Shown piece after piece: positions 50,408 through 60,299 of a stretch of DNA of 64,000 nt; the stretch's first letter is position 1, and each line of letters opens with the position of its first letter. Under the pieces are notes generated by a model. The model was not told the origin of the DNA and made no database searches. It saw only the letters and a list, made by a program, of their open reading frames with translations. This DNA comes from Psammoneis japonica (Eukaryota). The stretch is from assembly GCA_008632985.1 (NCBI GenBank), contig QPGO01000142.1, forward strand, positions 1 to 64,000, read 5' to 3'. The position numbers and the translations under genes are program-made.

Positions 50408-51859
50408 TCAGGCATCCACTGTTTTATGGTGAAGGCACTCGCCACAGCGGGTGTTGCCAAGAAAGACATCGAGCTCACCAGGGTTGTCAAGAGAGGCATC
50501 AACATTGGACATGATGGCTCGTAGCTGGAGACAGTCTCTGAAAAGAGCACAGCAGCTGAGGACTGCAAGATTGTTTTGGCACAGGTGGCTCTTGATCAAC
50601 TCATGCAGACGCTTCGTCCAAATCGGTGGGATGTCAAAGAGAATCATCTTGACAGCAGCATGTCCATCACCACAGCATTGACGAACAATGTCAGGGCATT
50701 TGGAATCTGCCAGAAAAATTCCAACTTTCTGAATGTGCTGGAAGACAGTCAGTTTCATTTGGTCAAGTGCTGCTGTCATCCGGAGAGGCAGATCATCGGT
50801 TGGATCATTGCCACAGGTGAAACCCCAGTTTCCACCATCCTTGATAAAACACCACAGAGGATGCATGTGTGTGCCACAAGCCGAGGCTTGTTGGGTGACA
50901 GCAGTGTGCCAAGCACGGATTCCTTGAGGAGAGATGTCATCACAAGTGAGAGGGTCACGAAGGAAAGACTTTGCATCCCAGTCAGTGCGGTGAACAAAGA
51001 GAGAACCATCGGCAAGGATTGGATGCTCAGTGCCGTCATCGCAACAAAGGTTTCCAGACTTGTGAGGCACCAGTGATTTTCCGAGCACTTCTTTCCCGGC
51101 TTCTTTGCATTGACAGCGGGCCAGCACATCCTTTGGAAGTCCCTTTGGGTTGAAGGTGTACACAGCACTGGCAGCAGTCAATGAAGAAGCCGCGCCAGCA
51201 GCAGTCATGGCAGACGGTGCAGGAGATGACACCTTGGGAGCAGAGTTCTTCAGTGCGTTTGTCACAGCTTGCTCAAACTGTTTTGGACCAGGCAAATGAG
51301 TGGCCAGGGCCTTGGCAAAGTCTTCAGGAGTGGGACCTGCAGCAGCAACCGGTGCAGGTGCAGAACTCAAAGCAATTGGTGGATCTGGACACGGATCATC
51401 GGAGATGTCATCCCAGCAATCACAACGTCGAAAATGAGGGCTGAAATGGAAACGTAGAGTCCCAACATGCAGATGTGTGGTGTCATCGTTCTCTGAAATC
51501 GCCTTGATCACAGTCTTCTGAAGAGTGCCAAGGTTCAGACAAACCAGGGGGCCTTGAGGAGCAGCCACAAAAAGAGGAGCCTTCTCAATGATTGGTCCGA
51601 TTTGTGCAAGATCTTCAGTCTGGACAGCTTCAGGGATGACAAGATTCTGAACGATCTCATGTCGGAGGATGGCAACAGCGTCGCTCTTGAGGCCTTGAGG
51701 GGCAAATCCATCCAAAAGATCTTCAGGAGCAGGGATCTCATCCAAACAAAGGGCATTCAGGAAAATGTGGGCATCGGGCAAGCGATTGTGTGGGCTGAAT
51801 TCAACCCGTGTCGTCTTGATCTTGGTCAAATCGACGGCGTTTTGATTTTTGTTCACCAT
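50408..51859 (-). CDS. Copia gag-like ORF, mutated
   Basis: First long ORF after 5' LTR/PBS; only one Tyr in 483 aa; downstream knuckle CVVCGNNHLFHEC in the adjacent frame. Confidence 0.6.
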   Translation of the reverse strand: MVNKNQNAVDLTKIKTTRVEFSPHNRLPDAHIFLNALCLDEIPAPEDLLDGFAPQGLKSDAVAILRHEIVQNLVIPEAVQTEDLAQIGPIIEKAPLFVAAPQGPLVCLNLGTLQKTVIKAISENDDTTHLHVGTLRFHFSPHFRRCDCWDDISDDPCPDPPIALSSAPAPVAAAGPTPEDFAKALATHLPGPKQFEQAVTNALKNSAPKVSSPAPSAMTAAGAASSLTAASAVYTFNPKGLPKDVLARCQCKEAGKEVLGKSLVPHKSGNLCCDDGTEHPILADGSLFVHRTDWDAKSFLRDPLTCDDISPQGIRAWHTAVTQQASACGTHMHPLWCFIKDGGNWGFTCGNDPTDDLPLRMTAALDQMKLTVFQHIQKVGIFLADSKCPDIVRQCCGDGHAAVKMILFDIPPIWTKRLHELIKSHLCQNNLAVLSCCALFRDCLQLRAIMSNVDASLDNPGELDVFLGNTRCGECLHHKTVDA

Positions 51860-52061
51860 GGTTGCGTGGGAAAAAAATCAAATTTCTGCGCAGAGCTCTG
51901 GCATGTGTTCTGCGGTGGTCGTTTGATCACAAATCGAGAGGTGAAAAAACAGCTGTGACAATGATGACGATTTCAACGAAGAAAAAGTCACCAAATCACA
52001 CAGGTGGCGTTGCAAAGGAGGAGCACAGAGGAAGAGGAACAGCGTGCTGCTGCTCACAACC

Positions 52062-52230
52062 TTGCGGACTGGCGGTGTCGGGACAATCTAACAGACATCT
52101 AGGACAGATGATGATTGTGTGCTAGATGAGAAAGAAAGTGAGCAAAGGAGAGATCATCGGATCTCTCCATGCTGTCCATGCCAGTCTGTCCGACAGAAGG
52201 GAGTGCACTCCCCATCTCGGATGTCTGTCA
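52062..52230 (-). repeat. Copia 5' LTR
   Basis: Starts TGACAG on the minus strand; followed by the PBS. Confidence 0.92.
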
Positions 52231-53310
52231 GACACAGTTGCGCATGTCTTCTCAACAATCCCAACTTGCCAAATGATTTGCTCTAAAGAGTGAGAACAAC
52301 AAACACATGTGTGTTGGATTTTTTACTGTGCATCTTTGATCTCATCCAGTTGCCATGTCCTTCTCAACAGAAGCTTCAACACATCATCTTTTTCTCCTCT
52401 TTAACACACCCGATTCTCTTGAACTCTCCCATCTCATGACTTGTTCCAACACTGTTGGGGAATCACCTGAACAGAAACATTCAAGGTTTTCAAAAAATTG
52501 ACAGCAAATGTCCCTCCTGTGAGCAATTGCATCTGGAGGTGGCTGAGTGCAGCACGTCATGTCAACGCGTGCAAATGCAGCGGGGAAGTGCTGTGTGCAG
52601 GTGTCTGCGTGTGTGACAGAGGCATCTGTGCAGTGCAAATGTCTGAATGTAAAGAACATTGATCACCAGATGCAGGTGGCCACAGCTGTGATGATGACAA
52701 GGACCATTCAAAAAAAATGCACCACAGACATCAGACGACTCATGGACATGCTTTGAAAAAATTGAAGAGCACACCGACTTTGAGAAAAGCATCCCAAGAA
52801 ACTGCAGAGATGAGAAAAACAATCAATGTTGAGTTTTCCAACCATGAGAATTCAAACAAGTGGCCAAACATTGCCGCAAACAACCCCACAACACGCTGTG
52901 GCATGCGCAACTGTGGCAGAAGAAATCAGAAAGATGTCGGCATTGTTCTTGGACTGGAGAAAGCGGCACCCAGGCGCAAGACGCACAAGGCACCAGGCAC
53001 TTTGCAGATGTCTGTGCAGAGGTGCCAAAGCTAGTGCCAAACCTGGGAGCATCAGCAGGAAGACACTGATGGATGTCGATTTGAATAAAGAACCACACGC
53101 CGTGACATTTCATGTGCACTTGCATGTGTGAGCTCTGGCACGTGGCTGACACTCATGTCTGCTTCTCAGACAGGACAGACACACTCACAGATGGAATCTG
53201 GAATCTTTTTATCTTCAGTAGAAGCTGAGCTCAGGCGCGCCACTCATCACGGGCTCATCTTTTTTTTCCTTTTTTTTTCACACACTCAAACACTACTCTA
53301 GACCCAGACC

Positions 53311-56208
53311 ATGGCAACGTTGTTGCCGTCTCTATCCTCGGATGACGAGGAAAAAACACATGTCACAAAGGAAGACAATGACGATAGCAGCGATGATGAA
53401 ATGGACGGAGATTTTGAATTTGGTGGGATATTGGTAGGTTCTTGAAACAAATAATCACACAAATGTTTACAGAACTTTTTGGAATCGACTCACAATTTTT
53501 CCTTTTCAATAAATGCAAAACAACAGGGAGAAGATGGTGTAATGGTGACTTCTTCGAGTTCGAGTAGTTGGGGTGTGGCACGCCATCAAGATGGTTGGTC
53601 CTATCAGTCTGCGTTGGAACTGTTGGAAAAGAACGACGGAACAACAAGCCAATCACCTCGGTTAGACGTGGCAAATCTTATTCAAGCCAAGAGACGCAAA
53701 TTAAACAGCAATAACGCAGCCGAAAATGAAGCTAAGAAACAACCCGACGACAATGATGCATCATCTTCGGATGGGTCCTCCAAAAGCAATGAATCGGAAG
53801 CCACAAACAGTGACGACAGTGATAGCAGCAGTGATGACGATGACGAGGTGGACGACGAGCAGGTCGCTACTCGTGATATGGAGGCCGACGTTTTAAAGAT
53901 GCGTTCAGGAAGAGAAAAGAAGGAGGAAAGTGCTTCTGAGGACGATTCTAGTAGCTCTGATGAAGAAGACAAAGAGGAGATGGCGAAGGCAGCGGCATTC
54001 TTTGATACCCAATCATCACCGAACGACGAGATTGTGTTGTTTGCGCAGCTGACATTGTCTCGTCCCTTGTTGAGAGGTGTGGCTGCCATGGGCTTTGTGC
54101 GTCCTACACCTATCCAGGCTTCCGTTATTCCAGTGGCTCTAAAGGGGCGAGATGTGTGCGCGAGCGCAGTTACGGGATCAGGTATGCTGACGATTTGATT
54201 GATTTCAGGACGCTGAATTCTTGATGCGGATCTCATTATTTTCTCTTTCAAAATGAATCCTGTTTTCACAGGAAAGACTGCAGCCTTTGTACTTCCAATT
54301 CTGGAACGGATTATGCATCGATCATCTGGAGGTACTAAAGGTTTGATCTTGACCCCTACGCGCGAGTTAGCGGCACAATGCCTGGGAATGATGGCCACGC
54401 TTTCACGCTACACAAAGATTACATCCACGCTTGTGGTTGGAGGAGCGAAGAATATGAACGCGCAGGTTGGATTATATTTTGCGATTTTGGTGTTGTTCGT
54501 GAGTGGTAGTCTTGTGTAGCTAATTCTGCTCTTGCTCCCCTCCCCCCCACTAGGCGACGGAACTTCGAGCTCAGCCCGACATTGTTGTAGCTACACCAGG
54601 CCGTCTCTTGGATCATGTGACAAACTCACCGGGTGTAACGCTGGATGATGTTCAGTTCCTTGTTCTTGACGAGGCAGACCGTCTTTTGGATTTGGGCTTT
54701 CAGGATGAAATCCACGAGCTCGTGAAATCTTGCCCGACCGAACGACAAACAATGTTGTTTTCAGCCACAATGACAACCAAAGTTGATGATCTTGCAAAGC
54801 TAAGTTTGAAACGCCCAATCAGAATTAAAGTCAGCGACAAGGACAAAAAGACCACTGAAGTGGAAGTTGCTCCACGGTTAGAGCAGGAGTTTGTGCGTGT
54901 CCGTTCCGGAAACGAAGGCATCAATCGTGAGGGCATGTTGCTGGCGCTCCTCACGCGAACATTCAAAACTAGGACCATTGTGTTTTTCGACACCAAAGCG
55001 ACGGCACATCGACTCATGATTTTATGTGGACTCTGCGGAATCAAATGCGCCGAGCTGCATGGGAATCTCACGCAGATGCAGCGATTGAACGCCTTGGAGC
55101 AATTTCGAGAAGGGGAAGTTGACATTTTGCTTGCCACGGACTGGCTGCACGTGGATTGGACATTGAAAGTTTAAAGACGGTCATCAACTTTGAGATGCCT
55201 AACCTGGTTTCAACTTATGTGCATCGCATTGGTCGAACTGCTCGCGCAGGACGGGGTGGAAAGAGCTGTACTCTGATTGGCGAAGGCAGGCGTCATTTAA
55301 TGAAGGAGGTCATTAAGGATGCAGAAGAGAAGAGCCAACGGAAGGAAGCAGGATCAAAAACTTCCTCGTCTTCTGGCATAATTCGGTCTCGTACCATTCC
55401 ACCCGCGGTGGTTGCTCATTTTGTGGCGAAAATTACATCCCTTCAGCCTCACGTGGACGAGGTACTGGCAGCGGAAGCTGTCGCAAGAATGGATCGCATT
55501 GCTGAAATGGAAGCGACAAAGGCTGAGAATATCATTGAGCATTCGGATGAGATCATGTCGCGCCCTCAACGAGAGTGGTTTGCGTCTAGTAAGCAGAAAG
55601 CATCGACAAAGGCTGCCATGGCGGAGAGGCAGAAACTTATTGCTGAAAAGGCTGGCACGGGCATGCATCGAATGACGAGAAAGAAGCGCAGAGCACGAGA
55701 AGCAAAGGAAGAGCTGATGCGTTTTCAGGAAGAGAATAGGCAAGAACGAGAAGCCGCCGGGAAGAAGCCAAAAAGGCATGTAAATGAGAAAACGATAAAG
55801 TCGTCGGCTCGAGCGCAAAAGAAACAGATTGAACAAAGAGAAAAGGATCTGGCGGACAGGACGATCAGGGACGAGGAAGCCGAACAGCGACGCGAGGCTC
55901 CAGAAAAGAAGAAGAAAACAAAGGGAGCTTTTGCATCGGACGCGTTGGGTGACAGCAGTTTGTTTGACGACGAAAAGGTTGCGTATTCCAAGAAGAAGAC
56001 CACAGAAGCAACTTCAGAGGTCAAGAGCAGGTATGTTTTTTAATGATTGCAAAGACGCAATAGAGTATCGCCACAACAGCTAATCTCGCTTCCCCCTCTT
56101 CGTTGCAGCTATAACTTTGTCGGGTTTGATCCATCAAAGCCCAGGCGAAAGACGAAAAAGAAGTCTGTGCATTCTTTCAAATCAAAGAGTAAATACAAGC
56201 GCAGGTGA
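53311..56208 (+). CDS. DRS1: DEAD-box RNA helicase DRS1/DDX27, multi-exon
   Basis: [51 protein letters not shown]-terminal [10 protein letters not shown]; one 1-nt frameshift at ~55141. Confidence 0.9.
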
Positions 56209-56438
56209 AGCCTTTTTGACTGCAGATTCCGGAGCCTGAGGAGTCGTTGCATCGCCTGTCACTAGCAAAATCCTGTAAGAAAATTATCGTTTCTCTAGTA
56301 CTTAAAAGGTCTTTTACAATATTACAATTCACAAACTCATGTGCTTGTGTGATTGCCAGAGGCATACAACGCTGGCGTTGCAATTACTCTTAAATGAAGC
56401 AACTTGAAGCCAGTTTTGCATGGCACATCGTGCAGATT

Positions 56439-57452
56439 CTACGTAAGCTTTGGAGCCTTGAGCGGATCGGCACCACGAATGCGAATGGCTCCCATCATTT
56501 GTTCTGGCATTTCATCCGCACTCTTACCTTCAATAACAAATCCCACATCGGCGGTAAGGAGGTTCATGTACCTCCGACAAACCGAAACAATCTTTTTGGC
56601 AGCCTTTCCCGATGATCCGATATCCAAATCAGCCTCCAGGTATTCAGCTTTGCCTCCCTCGCGAGGGCCGTACTTGTAACTTACGGGAAGCTTGTTTCCA
56701 ATAATGGCAGGCTTGCCAGTCACCATTGTGCGAGCCACCCACGGTCCTTCTGCTACATGGGGAACGAGCTTGAGTCGATCGTTCTTGTGCTTGTCGTCTC
56801 CAAGAAAAAACTTGGCTAGAGTTCGTTCTGGCGCTGACATGCCCTTCATGGAGGGTGAGCCTTTGCCTCCAGATGCTGCCAAAAACGGCAGGTACAGAGA
56901 AGGAATTTCATAATAGAAAATAAAATGTCCCCAAGGAAACCGCAAGTGAATGATAAACGTAGGAACCTTTCGAAGCACGCCTCCAAGGATTGCGTTATTG
57001 TCACCGACGCTATGCGCAGGATCGTCGGCTAAAAAGACATCACAGCCCCGTGCCTTGAGCAAGTACGGCCCAGATTTCGTCTTTTTCTTGTTTCTCAAAT
57101 AATCCTTGCCTCTCACACGAAAGGTTGAAACGTCTGGTTCATCCCAACAATTCAAGTCTCGCTGTTCTCCCACGGGATAACGAGGAAGAGTCGGCAAAAC
57201 GAACTCTGGCTGCAGTTCGTGCAAGATTTCAAGCTCATCGGCTTCGGAAGAAACATCATCGGTTGGCGCATCAAAGGGATCCGACAAGGCCCGATCTAGC
57301 TTGCGAAGGCTTGCACGAATGCTTCCGTCACGGTCTTCCAGGTGATAATTAAGCTCCATGGATCTCTCCTGTGATCGAGAACGAGTACTCCTTCCGGTTC
57401 GTCCAGTGTGGCTCTTTTCTCTCGTTATGCTTGTGCGGCGTACAGTCTTCAT
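56439..57452 (-). CDS. DUF1336 / EDR2 C-terminal domain protein
   Basis: WDEP...FRVRGKDYL..KKK, RLKLVPHVAEGPW, KPAIIG, YLEADLDIGSS, DVGFVIEG...EMPEQMMGAIR. Confidence 0.85.
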   Translation of the reverse strand: MKTVRRTSITREKSHTGRTGRSTRSRSQERSMELNYHLEDRDGSIRASLRKLDRALSDPFDAPTDDVSSEADELEILHELQPEFVLPTLPRYPVGEQRDLNCWDEPDVSTFRVRGKDYLRNKKKTKSGPYLLKARGCDVFLADDPAHSVGDNNAILGGVLRKVPTFIIHLRFPWGHFIFYYEIPSLYLPFLAASGGKGSPSMKGMSAPERTLAKFFLGDDKHKNDRLKLVPHVAEGPWVARTMVTGKPAIIGNKLPVSYKYGPREGGKAEYLEADLDIGSSGKAAKKIVSVCRRYMNLLTADVGFVIEGKSADEMPEQMMGAIRIRGADPLKAPKLT

Positions 57453-58642
57453 TGTGTGGTTGTGATGCAAGTAAGTTGTTCAGTAAGATAGAATGCTCAC
57501 CAGGATTGTATTATTTGTAAGTCGTAAGGTGAGTTTGGCGTTTTCAGTTTGGCTGTTGGCAGCGCACATGATGTCGGCAGTCGGCACGTCCCTGCGCTTT
57601 CGAAAGATGCATGAAAGCATTCGGGAGTGTTCCTACGTACAGTTAGTACGGTAGAAATGTATCGGGGGTAGGGCAGCGAAGGACGGACGCTCTGCCGTTT
57701 GTCGGTTCGTTCGTTGTCTGGTGGGTTGTCACGCTCCTGCTCCAAGTGGTGCTGGTGCAAAATGCAGCACCAACATGATGTGTCCACTGCTGTGTCCCGA
57801 AAAACCCTGTGGCTCAGCCAGACAAGCGCTTCTTGTGTCCTGCGTGCAAGAGCCAGCAGCTGTTTGTGCTTTCAAATGACATGTGGTTGGCTTTCCAAAG
57901 GGTCAGAAAAGGTGCTTGTTCCTTCTTTTGATTGCTCTGTGATCTTTCTGTTTTTTCTGCAAGCCACCTGTCTGGTGCCAATTTGCCCCAGCACCAAATT
58001 TTTCAAGCACAACATGTGCAAAAATGACTGTCCTGAGCAGCTGATGCTGCATCAAACATGAGTGGCCAAGGGCCAAGTTCAGCCACAGTCAGAGCACACC
58101 TTGGGCGTGTCACCAAAATCCTTCAATTCAGAAAGATTTTTTTTTCACTTTGTGGAGAGAATGTCTGGCAGGCACATTTTGATCAATGATGTGACTGTGG
58201 CAGCACAAAACCAGAAACCAATGGTTTGCAGGTGGACCTCTTTTCCATGTGCCTTTTCACTTTGCTGGCGTGCATGACATTTGCGCACAATCTCTCAATT
58301 CATGCAGATGATCTTGCAACACGCAAAATGCGCGCCAAGCAAACCGAAAACCAAGCGTGGAGCTCAGCTTGCTCAAAAAACAACAAGCACTTTTATGTGC
58401 ACAAAACACAAACAATGCAAAGCCTGGCAATGTCTGCAACATCCTCATCACTCACAGCATCCCGGTCCCGGTCATCATCAAGAAGGAGCACAAAGAGGAT
58501 TAGATTGGACCCCTGTGTCGAAATGGACAAGAAGAAGAAGAAGCGTCAAGGGAAAGAACGTGACTGCCATGCACTCCTTGACCTCCCTCAGAACTCCATC
58601 ACGTAAAAACAAACAGAAGATCATGACAATGAAATTCACAAA

Positions 58643-60296
58643 ATGCAAACAGAGACAGAAGAGCTTGAGCTGGAAGCCCAGAGAGAGGAGAAGAGAGCAC
58701 GGGCCGCATCCCCAAGCCAGCTCAACGCGGAAAACCTTGCCTTCGCGAGGGGATGCATGAGGATTCATGATCGTGACTCTGGCATGGCTCGTCACCCCCT
58801 CTTTGACAGAGTTGTCCAATGTCTGCAAGAAAGTGCCTTTGAACAAATGAAGAATGCAATGTTCCAACGGCGTGCTGAGGAGAACATTCCCATCATGGAA
58901 GGCCTTCCCGACTTAGAGGATGTTTCCAATGTGCATGAGGAGGCATGGGGCATTCTCTCTGAGTCCATCAAAACGAAAATGGAAGAAAATGAAGAAAATC
59001 GCAATTCTGCGGAGCCACAAAAAGCCGTTCGGGGATGAGAAGCACATTGTTCCCATCAACTGACAAAACTGCTGGAGCTTTTTTGCCATCATCACAACTT
59101 GCCTTTTGTCCTCACACAGCAGGTCCCATGTTCGTCGGCTTCCGACAAGGAAGACACGGTCAACATTGCAGTTGATCCAATCAAAGCAGTCAACGAGGCT
59201 GTGCTCATTTCGCTCACAGAGGTGAAAAGGGATGCAGGCTCGAGCGCCAAGTGGCAACTTTGTGGTCACCTGTCAGAAGTTGAGTCGTCGCGGCTTAAAG
59301 GACAGATCTCTTTCGGCCTTGCCATCGATCACACAAGTGTCAATCTCCATGGTTTCTGTTGGAACAGGGGTGACAGTCCCCTCCTGGAGCACTCTTTGTT
59401 GTGGCGAGAATGCGTGTCGGGCGATGCATCAAAGGTTTTGAAGGCCTGCTTCATCTGCCTCTTTGCGCTTTCCAAGATGAAAGCACGATCATCTACACCC
59501 GATGACTTTTGTCCATTGGTCAACATGGCTGTCAAGAGGATCTGCCCAAAAGTCTTTCGCGAGATTTGTCACAATGGATCGCTTGGGGATCTGTGCAAGC
59601 TGTTTGACTGTGGGCGTCATCGTCTCTGTGTTCGACAGACAAACGAGTGCATTGTGAAGGTGACACACAGAAGTGGAGAGGGCATTCAAGTTCTGAAGGA
59701 CGAAAGGGTGTTTTGTCTCAGTGCTGAAAACACCTTGGTTCAATGGGCGTCACAAGCCAGAATGTCCTGAACACGTTGCACTGCTTTGCGACAAACTTGC
59801 AAGACTTCACGAAAAAAATCTGAAACACTCCAACGTGCTTTGTCAAAACATCTTGTTTGGAGGAGATGAGAGCAACCCTTCTGCTGAACTTGTTGACTTT
59901 GACTGCGCTCACTGTGGCATGTGTCCATCCTCTTGGAATGCATCTTTTCCGGAACGTCATCCTCGCGCGAAAGAATGTCATGAGTCACATCCTGGACACG
60001 ATGTGTGTTCTGCCATTGCAATCCTCTGCCTTTTTTTCAAGCAAACTGATGGAGGAGAGAGCCTGCATGAAACTTTTGCGGAAGGACCTTTTGAGAAAGA
60101 TGGTCACCCGGCATTGAAAAAGGACTGGGAATGGTCTTCGGCGAAGGATGTTGCCTGTTGGATTTGGACTGAGAAACTCAGGCTAAAGGGAAATGGCAAG
60201 GTTGTGGCAACCCAGCAAACCAATTCACACCTGGAAAAAGCACATGAGAAGAACAAAGCGCTGTTGAACACTCAAGGGAATTACCGCTGCAGTTAG
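58643..60296 (+). pseudogene. Mutated protein kinase-like gene inside block E
   Basis: LHEKNLKHSNVLCQNILF (catalytic loop HxD changed to HSN), LVDFDCA, ERHP, HDVCS; frameshifts; almost no Tyr. Confidence 0.6.
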
Positions 60297-60299
60297 CTG

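Larger units (their letters stand above)
46601..52230 (-). mobile_element. Ty1/Copia LTR retrotransposon, internally deleted and mutated
   Basis: LTRs 46601-46753 and 52062-52230; 5-bp TSD GACAC (46596-46600 and 52231-52235); PPT GGGGAGGG (46754-46761, minus); PBS GGTTGTGAGC; gag-like ORF, integrase C-part, RT and RNase H in Copia order. Confidence 0.93.
37085..53130. mobile_element. Hypermutated composite block D (nested TEs plus duplicated gene fragments)
   Basis: TpA nearly absent over 16 kb; contains a palindrome, a LINE, a Copia and LTV1/ankyrin pseudocopies. Confidence 0.85.

Noticed and set aside
46601..52230. ADAR/APOBEC-type editing of retroelement RNA or cDNA
   Set aside because: Changes are on both strands, differ between the LTRs and also affect non-retrotransposed genomic duplicates.
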